Source: an uncultured Fibrobacterota bacterium
Lineage (GTDB): Bacteria > Fibrobacterota > Chitinivibrionia > Chitinivibrionales > FEN-1185
Assembly (NCBI GenBank): GCA_963729895.1
Contig: CAVSQB010000018.1
Span: forward strand, 68,314-132,313
Length of the DNA stretch: 64,000 nucleotides
Reading direction: 5' to 3'
Shown here one piece after another: positions 1-8,806 of the stretch. The notes under the pieces are model-generated. The model did no database searches. It was not told where the DNA came from and saw only the letters and a list, made by a program, of their open reading frames with translations. The translations under genes were made by a program, and so were the position numbers. How positions within the stretch are numbered: the stretch's first letter is position 1; each line of letters opens with the position of its first letter.

Positions 1-1
1 G

Positions 2-490
2 GACGGCGTTAGGTTCGACCCCATGGTTCCCGATACCTTCAAAAACGCCATGACGCTAAATAAGTTCATTTATCGAAAAGACACGCTTAACATGACGGTG
101 ACCGGGCCAGGGAAATATCTTCAGACTTTTAGTTTAGACGGCGTACAGCAGGCCGCTTTTATTCCAGCCGCTTTGACGGGGACGCACACGGTGGTCATGA
201 CCATGGCCAATGCGCCGGTTACCGCTCTTTTGCAGGCTCATCGTGTCGCCGCAATGGAGAGTAACCGGATTAGAATATCCTGGAATTCAACGCAGGGAAT
301 GAGTTTAACCTTCGGTATGTGCCAAAAAGTCAATGCAACATTTTATTCTCTTACCGGAAAATGTGTCGCTGAATTCAGTACGGTGAATGGGACCGTGACT
401 ATTGGCAACCACATCCTTGTACCCGGTGCGTATGTTGTCAAATGGAATTCCGTGAAGGCTGATGGGTTTCAGAAGATCATGTTGAAGTAA
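2..490 (+). CDS. C-terminal fragment of a secreted protein with a Por/T9SS-type C-terminal sorting domain (5' end outside window)
   Basis: The frame is open from the window edge. The last ~75 aa (ATFYSLTGKCVAEF...GAYVVKWNSVKADGFQKIMLK) look like the beta-sandwich CTD that also ends the GH2 protein at 49008-51836. Confidence 0.4.
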   Translation, partial: DGVRFDPMVPDTFKNAMTLNKFIYRKDTLNMTVTGPGKYLQTFSLDGVQQAAFIPAALTGTHTVVMTMANAPVTALLQAHRVAAMESNRIRISWNSTQGMSLTFGMCQKVNATFYSLTGKCVAEFSTVNGTVTIGNHILVPGAYVVKWNSVKADGFQKIMLK

Positions 491-808
491 TTCCGGGTGC
501 CCAAAATTCATGTCTTAACCAGGTTATGGTTCCCTCGGCTGAGGGACATGCACCTAAAGATCCTGCCGTCGTGCGGGAAAAGATTCTTGTTTCCGCTTTG
601 TTGCGCTTATCCCCCTGGCCCGTTTGCTCGCGGTGCTGCATGCGATTGCACTCGCCCCTGCTCCGCAGTTGCCTTATAGAGAAAGGAAGCAAAGCCAATG
701 TTCTGTAGCGTCCTCCACTGCCAGGAGAGACGGGTGCGCGAGTGATAACCCCGCTATGCAGTGGGAATTCCTTATCAAGAAAGGTGCCATATGCAGGTTG
801 GTGTTCAA

Positions 809-2164
809 ATGATAGCAGGCAGAAGCATGGGTCTAAAATGGTTTGGCGGTACAGTTCTCAGCATTGCAATTATCCTAATTGCAAACAGGCCCTGTAGTGC
901 CGAAAAGCCCGACATTTCCGTTGATTTTTCCGGATACGCCGCTATCCAGGATGGTGAAATAGTCAAGGGAATGTATGGATCAAGGTGGGATGTCTTGGAC
1001 CATCAATGGCAGCAATTTCTGTTCGGAGGGTTCGACTTGGACGCCACTGTCAACAAGAGGCTCCATATTGTTTTTGGCCCTGAATGTGAAATGGCCCAGG
1101 GTGTTTACGACTTGTCCGGGGAGACCAATTATTCGTCGGACCTTGAATCCTATAATGTCTTTTATAAATTCTATTTGGACCAGATGAAAGGCACATACTC
1201 GCTGGGCGAATTGGACAATCCTTATTTGAAAGTCACCTTAGGGTATTTCAAATACCACTATAACCAGGATGTGAAAAGCCTTGGGGAATATCTTTTTAGG
1301 GCGACCGCTTATCCGGGATACATCATCAACAGCTTCGCATCGGTTTATCAACGCTTGCCCGGGCTTTGCTTGGAATACCGGCAGATTCCCGGTTTGAAGG
1401 TCGACGCGCTATTGACAAGTGAAACCCAGTATCCGGTGGGCGATTTTACACCGTCGGTTTTGGCGAGCTATGCAGTGGGCGGCACGGGAAACCATCCGTT
1501 GGTTGAGGTCGGTGCCGGGGTATGCTTTCAAAGACTCATTTCGATCAATACGGCCCTCACGACGCCTCACTACGTCGCCAATCAGACCATTGGATACGAC
1601 ACGTCATATCCCGCGCCGAACGAGACCACCGTTGTCGCAGACACCACCTATTGTTCCTTTGCCGCGACCAAGGTAATGGCGCGCTTTTCATTCGACCCCA
1701 AGCAGCTTTTTGGCAGGCCCGGTATTTTTGGCGACGAAGACCTGAAATTGTACGGAGAAGGGTGCATTCTCGGCACACAAAATTATCCTATCGTTTATGA
1801 TAATATTTTAAAGAGGATGCCGGTAATGCTTGGATTTAACGTCCCGACTTTCAAGCTATTGGACGTTTTGTCCGCCGAGGTCGAGTGGTACGACAGCAAA
1901 TATTCGAACAACTACCAGCTCGCCTATTTTCCGACATTCAAAGCTCCTTTGCCTTTGATAAGTGCGGGCGAACCCCCGCACTATCCCTGGTACTGGGACA
2001 TTTATTTCGCTAGAAAGATCATCTATGGGCTGCAATTGATGGGTGATGTCGGTCGGACTCATTACTTTACATCAGCAAACCTTGACTTTTATAGAGACAC
2101 GAGGGAAGAGTGCCCTAGCCATGGAGATTGGCAATTTACCTTGCGGGCGCAGTACAATTTTTAG
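809..2164 (+). CDS. putative outer-membrane beta-barrel protein
   Basis: Signal-like N-terminus (MGLKWFGGTVLSIAIILIANRPCSA). Gly/Tyr/Asp-rich body. C-terminus ...TLRAQYNF ends in an aromatic residue, as in OMPs. The start could be 761, 809 or 827. Confidence 0.4.
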   Translation: MIAGRSMGLKWFGGTVLSIAIILIANRPCSAEKPDISVDFSGYAAIQDGEIVKGMYGSRWDVLDHQWQQFLFGGFDLDATVNKRLHIVFGPECEMAQGVYDLSGETNYSSDLESYNVFYKFYLDQMKGTYSLGELDNPYLKVTLGYFKYHYNQDVKSLGEYLFRATAYPGYIINSFASVYQRLPGLCLEYRQIPGLKVDALLTSETQYPVGDFTPSVLASYAVGGTGNHPLVEVGAGVCFQRLISINTALTTPHYVANQTIGYDTSYPAPNETTVVADTTYCSFAATKVMARFSFDPKQLFGRPGIFGDEDLKLYGEGCILGTQNYPIVYDNILKRMPVMLGFNVPTFKLLDVLSAEVEWYDSKYSNNYQLAYFPTFKAPLPLISAGEPPHYPWYWDIYFARKIIYGLQLMGDVGRTHYFTSANLDFYRDTREECPSHGDWQFTLRAQYNF

Positions 2165-2392
2165 CACTGCACCAATCGAAATACATCTGACGTTGCTTAA
2201 GCATGGTCGGCTGGCCTGTGGCGGTGGCGTTTGCCGCGATCGCAGGAAATGCCTTGCCGGGATCCAGAAGTCAGTCCACATACAAGGACAACCCGATTGC
2301 CAGCACGGGAATAATGTGGAACTAATCGCACTATCTAAGCCATAGTAATCCAAAGACCAAACAGCGGAACCATTTGTGCAAAACTTGATTCT

Positions 2393-4147
2393 ATGAATAC
2401 TTTAGACAAAACCGAGAAGAGCGGAGGACTGCTAAGCGATAAAGAACTGCTCAATTTTCTCCTCGATCATATACCCGATTCCATTTACTTCAAGGATCTG
2501 CAAAGCAGGTTTCTCAAAGCCAATAAGGCCTTGGCGGAAAAAGTGCAGGCCCATGACGCGCAGGAGCTCGAAGGCAAGACTGATTTCGACTTATTTACAA
2601 CCGAACATGCCCGGCAGGCGTTCGTGGATGAACAACGCGTGATGAGCACCGGTACGCCGATTGTCGGAATAGAAGAAAAGGAGACCTGGCCCAACCGGCC
2701 CGACACCTGGGTCTCGACAACAAAAATGCCGATTACAAACGGGAAAGGCGATGTCATCGGTACCTTCGGCTTATCACGCGATATTACCGAGGTCAAGAAA
2801 TACCGCGATGCATTGCAGCAGGCTAAGGAGGAGCTCGAACAACGCGTCGTGGAACGCACAGCGGAGATCGCCGAGGCAAAGTCGCGTCTCGAACAGCATC
2901 TCGAACAGCTCAACTTCCTTTATGTCACTTCCTTTGAATTGGCTCAAATCACCTCGATTGATGAAATATATCGTGCAATCGGCAAGGCATTTTTGTCTCG
3001 ATTTCCTTTTGCGCAAATTTGTATTTGCCAAAGAACCAAAACCGGTTTTGCGTGTGTGTATGCGGGAAGTTGTCTGGACACCACCGAATCCCGGCACCTG
3101 TGTGAAAAAGCGCTTGAGCCTTTTGCAATCAAAGAGATAAAAGTGCCGAGAATCGTTGACGATTGGTCCGCCAAAAATCATCTGAAACTATCCTGGCCAA
3201 AAGAGCTTATCGATAACCCCTGCTGGATCGCGATGCCGCTTATTGCCGACAAGAGAGTACTTGCAGTAATACAGCTTTTTGCACCTACACAAGAGAAACA
3301 GTTTTACTTTCAGGAACACGATCTGCTCGCCACGCTTTGCGCACACGCGGCGGCGTGCCTAAACAACGCTTTTCACTATAGAGACATCGAGGTCAGGGCG
3401 CGGATGGAGGGAGAGCTTGCGGCTGCGCGGGACATGCAACAAAGCCTCATGCCCCGCGAAGCCCCCCGAATTCCGCGGGTGGACCTTGCCGGAGCGTATT
3501 TGCCGGCCTATGAGGTAAGCGGCGACTACCTTGACTACTTTCAGGCGAGCGACGGGTCTTGGGTACTCATCATTGCCGATGTATGCGGAAAGGGCGTGCC
3601 TGCTGCACTTCTCATGATGGCATTGCGCAATATAGCTCGGGTCGAAGGCAAACTCCACTATTCGGCCAAAAGCCTTCTGTGCGGAATTAACGAGTCGATA
3701 CTTTTTAATCTTAACGAACGATCCTTCATTACAGCTCTCTGCCTTGTCATAAAGCCAGATGGTTCTTCCATGACTTATGCGCGCGCAGGCCACCCTAAAC
3801 TTCTGAAAATCAACGCAGCGGGGACTGCAGTTGAGGCCTTACCGTGCAAAGGCATAGCCATAGGCTTTGCGAAAAACCCGGAAGACGCTTATACACTGTT
3901 CGAGGAGGTTTCCATTCCGCTTGTTGCAGGGGATACCTTTGTTGCCTTCACCGACGGCCTTACCGATGCCGCCAATGACAAAAAAGAATTGTACGGTATC
4001 GCGCGACTCGCCGAATCGCTGCAAAAGCAGCAAAATAAGTCACCCAAAGAACTGGTTGAAACAATTCTAGAGAACGTGGACAAGTTCACAAACAAGCAAC
4101 CTCAGAGTGACGATCTCACAATGTTTGCAATGAAAGTGAATGCGTAA
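2393..4147 (+). CDS. PAS sensor-coupled PP2C/SpoIIE-family serine phosphatase (RsbU-like)
   Basis: N-terminal PAS-like segment (LLDHIPDSIYFKD...GKGDVIGTFGLSRDITEVKK), a coiled-coil linker, and SpoIIE motifs (ARDMQQSLMP, SGDYLDYF, IADVCGKGVPAAL, ARAGHP, FTDGLTDA, SDDLTMF). Confidence 0.85.
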   Translation: MNTLDKTEKSGGLLSDKELLNFLLDHIPDSIYFKDLQSRFLKANKALAEKVQAHDAQELEGKTDFDLFTTEHARQAFVDEQRVMSTGTPIVGIEEKETWPNRPDTWVSTTKMPITNGKGDVIGTFGLSRDITEVKKYRDALQQAKEELEQRVVERTAEIAEAKSRLEQHLEQLNFLYVTSFELAQITSIDEIYRAIGKAFLSRFPFAQICICQRTKTGFACVYAGSCLDTTESRHLCEKALEPFAIKEIKVPRIVDDWSAKNHLKLSWPKELIDNPCWIAMPLIADKRVLAVIQLFAPTQEKQFYFQEHDLLATLCAHAAACLNNAFHYRDIEVRARMEGELAAARDMQQSLMPREAPRIPRVDLAGAYLPAYEVSGDYLDYFQASDGSWVLIIADVCGKGVPAALLMMALRNIARVEGKLHYSAKSLLCGINESILFNLNERSFITALCLVIKPDGSSMTYARAGHPKLLKINAAGTAVEALPCKGIAIGFAKNPEDAYTLFEEVSIPLVAGDTFVAFTDGLTDAANDKKELYGIARLAESLQKQQNKSPKELVETILENVDKFTNKQPQSDDLTMFAMKVNA

Positions 4148-4241
4148 CAAACAAAGAACCCCGATTTGATTTCTTTCTTTGTAACAACGGCAACCGACCT
4201 GGGCACCTTTCGGCACAACACGATTCACGACTGTCTGCGCC

Positions 4242-5561
4242 CTAGCAGGTTGTTGAAATAGTCCTAACAGAAGCGCTCTTGTTGATTTTTTATGAACCTA
4301 ACTTCAACTTTACATATGTCAGAGAGGTTTTACCTGCCTCGTTCCGAGGCATTTCCCCGGATTCCCAGGCCATTCTCATGCTGCCCCCACCGTTTGCGGC
4401 ATCAACTTAACCATGCGTATCAAGTTGTACGCTGCGGCAACCACGTAGGCAACAGTCTGGTTGATTCGTATTCCTCTTACCCGAGTTTTCCGCAGGCCAC
4501 CGACGCTCTTGATCCACCCAAATATCTCTTCAACCCGTTTTCGTTTCCTTTGACTTACGCTGTATCCCTTATGCCGAGTCGTTCTTCCATCCAACCCTTT
4601 AAGCGAAGTGTTGGCCTTCTCGGCAATGTGAGGCTTCACGTGCAGGCGTCGCAGGCTCTTGATAAATTCGGTTGCATGATACCCTTTGTCTGCACCCACC
4701 GTCTTCATCCGGCGTTTTCCGCGCCTGCGTTCATGCTTTATCAGCTCAAGCGCCATATCCCGTTCCGCTGTCCCCGTCGCTGGCGCAATGGCGATATCAA
4801 CACACAACCCATTTCGGTTTTCCATCAGCACGTGACCGGAATACGCCAGCTGCGCTCCCGTTCTCTTGTTCTTCCGAGCCAACCGCGCCTCTGGATCGGT
4901 CGAACTCTGATGTGTCTCATTGCTTCGCTTCTCATGGTGGAAATCAACCGACGGATTACTCCGATCATCGTCAGTCTTGTTCGCCGATTCCGCGTCTTTT
5001 CGCTTGAAGCTCTTCATCGATGCCCAGGCTTCAATCAACGTGCCGTCAACCGTGAAATGCTCATCGGACAACAACTCTTCGGAACGAGCAAGACGCACGA
5101 TTTCCTGCATCAGCCGGTGCGCAATCTCCTGTTCCATAAGTCGATCTCGGTTCTTCGAAAACACACTATGATCAAACGATGCCGCATCCAGATCCATGTC
5201 AAGAAACCATCGGAACAGAATGTTATAGTCCAGCATCTCGCAAAACAACCGGTCCGACCGTATCGAAAACAAAGCCATCAATATCTGTGCTTTCAAAAGC
5301 CATTCCGGCGGTATCGAAGGGCGTCCCATCCGGCTGTACATCGCCTCAAAGTCACGAGAAAGGCGGCGCAGCGCTATGTCCGTAAACTGTTTGACACGAC
5401 GAAGCGGGTGTGTTGCCGGCACTCGGGAATCCGGAGAAACGAAGCTGAACATACCGCCTTGGGCTGGCTGGGAACCTCTCATCAATACTCCTTGGTTGGG
5501 GTTCCCCTATAATATAAGGATAAATGTTTACAAAAGGGAGACTTTTTCAACACCCTGCTAG
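4242..5561 (-). mobile_element. IS5-family insertion sequence, copy A (~1.32 kb)
   Basis: Single DDE transposase ORF. Imperfect terminal inverted repeats: ctagCAGGTTGTTGAAATAGTC at 4242, and ctagCAGGGTGTTGAAAAAGTC as the reverse complement at 5561. CTAG is present at both junctions. Near-identical to copy B at 62684-64000 in the opposite orientation. Confidence 0.85.
4376..5485 (-). CDS. IS5-family DDE transposase (369 aa)
   Basis: N-terminal InsH-type region (MFSFVSPDSRVPATHPLRRV...LLKAQILMALFSIRSDRLFCEMLDYNILFRWFL) and a C-terminal DDE_Tnp_1-like part (VGADKGYH...EEIFGWIK). Duplicated at 62760-63869 with one amino-acid difference (R vs L). Confidence 0.9.
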   Translation of the reverse strand: MMRGSQPAQGGMFSFVSPDSRVPATHPLRRVKQFTDIALRRLSRDFEAMYSRMGRPSIPPEWLLKAQILMALFSIRSDRLFCEMLDYNILFRWFLDMDLDAASFDHSVFSKNRDRLMEQEIAHRLMQEIVRLARSEELLSDEHFTVDGTLIEAWASMKSFKRKDAESANKTDDDRSNPSVDFHHEKRSNETHQSSTDPEARLARKNKRTGAQLAYSGHVLMENRNGLCVDIAIAPATGTAERDMALELIKHERRRGKRRMKTVGADKGYHATEFIKSLRRLHVKPHIAEKANTSLKGLDGRTTRHKGYSVSQRKRKRVEEIFGWIKSVGGLRKTRVRGIRINQTVAYVVAAAYNLIRMVKLMPQTVGAA

Positions 5562-5604
5562 GGGGGAAACTTCTCCCTACAAAGATACTTTTGGATTCAG
5601 ATCG

Positions 5605-6798
5605 TTATCTTCCGACACTTATAAACGCCGCAAGTCCGAACATCACCAGCGCGAGCAGGAGCTTTGTCAGCACCATGTGTCTTTGCTGGAACGAAGAGAG
5701 TTTCTTCCATTTGAGCCCGTATGCGGTAGCCATCAGGACGATGAGCAGAGGGAGCACAAAGAGGAAATTGTAAACCACCAGGAGCAGCCAGCCAACAAGC
5801 CTGAACCCGAACGTGTGGGTCATTGCCATGATGGTGGGCAGATAGATCTTTGCGGTACACGCGCCTTCGAGCAGCGTGACGAAGAATCCGGTGATAACGG
5901 CGCCCACCACGATCTTGTTGCTCGACATGTTGCCCCGGATCACCGAATGGATGAGCAGCTTGATGCCTTTTGGCAATTGCACTTTCATCTCGCTGGTATC
6001 CTTGGTACGGAAATAATGGATTGCGTCCCAGATGGAGAGCAGGGCCACCCATACCGCGATGCCGACGGCTGTCACGCGGATCGCAAGGGAAAACCAGTAG
6101 AATTTGTCCATGAGCGACAGGATGCGGAACGCGCCCAACCCAAGCAGAAAATAGGTAAGAAACGTTGTTCCCGCAAAAGCAAGCCCGATTTTGAGCACGT
6201 CCGAGCGCCTCCGGTTCTGCGTACCCAGAAACGAAATGAGGAATATCATCGAGGCGATTGCGCACGGATTGACGCCGTCCACAAACCCTATGGCGAACAG
6301 GCCGATAAACGACCATGTTTTCATCCTGTCGCGGATCATGGCTGCGGTGTTTACGGTGTCGATGGTGCTGTCGCCGTAGGCGTGGGCATAGGTCCATCTC
6401 TCGGGATGCGACAAATAGGATTCAATGAGCGGTCGGCCGGTCTTCATGATGATGTCGTATCCGACAAGAACGGTGTCCGGAAAGAACAGCTCCTGGGGAG
6501 CGGTGGTCTTTACGTGGTACCCTTTTTCCATGGCGGTGAGCAGGGCGAGGTCTTTGTCCACCTCGATGTCGCGGTAGACAATGGAGAGTTTCCCGGCATA
6601 TTGTCGGCCGAGGGGCTCAAGCAACTGCGTCTTGATTTCGGCGCATTCGCCGCAGGTGCTCGACCCGAAGAAGGTGAGTCGCAAGGAATGCTGCGCCTTC
6701 GAAACGCCCTGCGGAAAGGCGAGACACGCCACGAACAGGATAGCGGAAACAGCTCTCACGGTATGAGCGGCGCAGACACGGAAGGCGGATGTTCTCAT
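5605..6798 (-). CDS. thioredoxin-like domain fused to a CcdA/DsbD-family thiol-disulfide transporter membrane domain
   Basis: Signal peptide, a CxxC motif (SSTCGECAEIK), then a polytopic region carrying the DsbD/CcdA signature FVDGVNPCAI. IS copy A ends 44 bp downstream of the stop. Confidence 0.6.
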   Translation of the reverse strand: MRTSAFRVCAAHTVRAVSAILFVACLAFPQGVSKAQHSLRLTFFGSSTCGECAEIKTQLLEPLGRQYAGKLSIVYRDIEVDKDLALLTAMEKGYHVKTTAPQELFFPDTVLVGYDIIMKTGRPLIESYLSHPERWTYAHAYGDSTIDTVNTAAMIRDRMKTWSFIGLFAIGFVDGVNPCAIASMIFLISFLGTQNRRRSDVLKIGLAFAGTTFLTYFLLGLGAFRILSLMDKFYWFSLAIRVTAVGIAVWVALLSIWDAIHYFRTKDTSEMKVQLPKGIKLLIHSVIRGNMSSNKIVVGAVITGFFVTLLEGACTAKIYLPTIMAMTHTFGFRLVGWLLLVVYNFLFVLPLLIVLMATAYGLKWKKLSSFQQRHMVLTKLLLALVMFGLAAFISVGR

Positions 6799-7057
6799 GG
6801 TGTAATACCTTTTTTTACAATTGGACAACTTATTGATTCGGTCATTAAATAGGGTACATAGTTGGTTCTTGGTTGCCTAAGTACCCCTTGGTGCTTGCCT
6901 CGATACACCGCTCGCCGAGTGGCCCTTTGGGCCGTATTGAGGCGAGCGGCACTCGGCAAGCGTTTTTGAAGAGTAATGTCACCAACTATGATGACCGGAT
7001 TGCTAGAGGCCCTGCAAGCTCCTGGAAGGTTGCAGGAGATGTCTGTGAAACGTTGCG

Positions 7058-8674
7058 CTATTGCCCAACGAATATCCCGTCGAGCGCGTCCCCGGCGAAC
7101 CCGATCTTCTTTTTGCACAAAAGATATTCTTTCACCGAGAACAAGGGAATCTCCCTGTTTTCGGCAATGCGGCCATGCTCGTCGTAGGCGTCGTTGAACC
7201 ACAGGGACGCAAGCCGCAGTTTTTCGCTTTCGTCGAACACGACGCTCCTTGGCGCCCATCCAACCGCAATCCCGTAGTCGCGCCGGACAAGCGAAGCTTC
7301 GTAGTCCTCCGGTGACGCGGCCCGTGGCGAGCATTGCAGGCCGGCGCGCGCGAGATCGGCAACGACCTTTTCACCCACCAGGGACGAGACGGGGTCGTCT
7401 GACCTGTACAGGACGGAAATCGGCTGCTTACCTGCTGCGATATTCGCGCCGGCTGTCGGGGGAGGTTGCGGAGCGGCGTTGTCGGTCTCGACTGCGCCGA
7501 TCACGGCGCCTTCCGCCTTGACAAAATTGGCAAGGATGTCACGCGGGTTTACGGCATTTCGTACGGCCAGCCTCGCGTTGTTGTCGTCGAGTGCGCATGA
7601 CAGGAAATAACGGTCTTCGGCGAACAACACCAGGTTCGACTGCTCCATCGCCTTGCGGCGGGCGTAGTCGAGATCTTTTTCCGCAAAAAGGGAGACAATG
7701 TCGTATCTGTTAAGCGAGTAGGCCAGAATTGGATTAGGATCGCGTCCGAGCCTGAGCGTGCAGGACGCGAGATACGGCTTGGGGCCCGGGCAGCGGCTGT
7801 TGGGAACGAGCATGGTGACGCCGCCCATGTCGCTTTTCACCATGTAGGGGCCCAGCTTGAGGCTCGCAGGTAAGAGGCGAGGCGTGCATATTCGGGCAAG
7901 CGCCTGAGGGTCGGGCGGATCAAGGTGGAGTACTATGGTCTTGTCGTCAACCACCTGAAATCCTGGGATAACGGCTTCCTGACCGCGAATAAACCCCGCA
8001 AGGCCCTTCACATTCAGGAACAGCGCAAAGCCTTCAGCGGGATGCCTTCTCACAAAATCGCTCCACGCGTTTGCGCAGTCGAACGATGACACGGTGCGCC
8101 CCGCGCCGTTTATCAATTTATCGGCAAGGGCCAGGGTAATGTCCCGGTCGGAAACGTTTTTGACCTGGAAATAGGCCGCGGTTTCTTTGGCATGGGTGGC
8201 CTGGCAGGCTTCTTTGTTAAGAGGGTAGGATTCAAAAAGTGCGGCAACATTCTGGTCGGCAAATCCGCGTTGCATATACATGGTGACACTGCCTCCCGCA
8301 CGGGGCTCGATTTTTTCCGGCTGCTTCTGGACCACCGGCGATTCTTTCTGGACGAGCGTTTCCGCAGGGACCGGTTTTGCCTCGGGAAGCGAAGGTTTTT
8401 CAGACGACGCCACCACCACGCGAAAATACCTGTTCTGGATAAGGGTGTCTTTCCTGAAGGGGTATTCCTTGAGGAGCCGCTCGAACGACGCAGAGAATCT
8501 TTGTCTGTCGAGGGAATCCCTGAACGATACGAGGTAGCCGGTTGTATCACCCTTCTCGGTCCGGACGATATCGTGCCCATTGTAGAGGGTTTCGGACTGT
8601 TTGATGACTGCTTTACCGCACGAGACAAGAAGAATCCCGACCGCGCACGTGCAGGCAATGGCGTGTCTGTTCAT
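7058..8674 (-). CDS. lipoprotein with solute-binding-protein family 5-like region
   Basis: Lipobox-like N-terminus (AVGILLVSCGK). The C-terminal two thirds loosely resemble peptide/nickel SBP family 5. The ORF-track start at 8761 probably over-extends. Confidence 0.4.
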   Translation of the reverse strand: MNRHAIACTCAVGILLVSCGKAVIKQSETLYNGHDIVRTEKGDTTGYLVSFRDSLDRQRFSASFERLLKEYPFRKDTLIQNRYFRVVVASSEKPSLPEAKPVPAETLVQKESPVVQKQPEKIEPRAGGSVTMYMQRGFADQNVAALFESYPLNKEACQATHAKETAAYFQVKNVSDRDITLALADKLINGAGRTVSSFDCANAWSDFVRRHPAEGFALFLNVKGLAGFIRGQEAVIPGFQVVDDKTIVLHLDPPDPQALARICTPRLLPASLKLGPYMVKSDMGGVTMLVPNSRCPGPKPYLASCTLRLGRDPNPILAYSLNRYDIVSLFAEKDLDYARRKAMEQSNLVLFAEDRYFLSCALDDNNARLAVRNAVNPRDILANFVKAEGAVIGAVETDNAAPQPPPTAGANIAAGKQPISVLYRSDDPVSSLVGEKVVADLARAGLQCSPRAASPEDYEASLVRRDYGIAVGWAPRSVVFDESEKLRLASLWFNDAYDEHGRIAENREIPLFSVKEYLLCKKKIGFAGDALDGIFVGQ

Positions 8675-8806
8675 AAACCGCCTGGTAGTTCTGGTTCCGT
8701 TGCTGATCAAAAATACATTCCAGTGGCGGTAAAATCCCTGCGGAAGGTATTTTTGGTGCATAAAACAGGTTCACCGCGTGAACGATGTCTTCCGCACAAA
8801 CTCGGC

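Noticed and set aside
4292-5512. 406-aa ORF antisense to the IS5 transposase, longer than the transposase itself and duplicated in copy B at 62733-63953
   Set aside because: Its composition is Arg/Ser/Pro/Leu/His-rich, as is typical of the reverse frame of a GC-rich gene. It has no recognisable motif or RBS, and the transposase frame carries the clear DDE-family similarity. It could only be rescued by evidence of selection on the antisense frame across diverged IS copies.
5524-6852. 442-aa plus-strand ORF overlapping the ccdA-like gene
   Set aside because: It is an antisense shadow ORF with His/Arg/Gly/Glu-rich, low-information composition. The minus-strand frame has a signal peptide, a CxxC motif and the DsbD/CcdA motif.
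8192-8806. 615-nt N-terminal extension of the PBP ORF (track start at 8192)
   Set aside because: The extension overlaps the divergently transcribed lipoprotein gene and translates to Arg/Phe-rich nonsense. The ATG at 8807 gives a normal basic N-terminus followed by a TM anchor.
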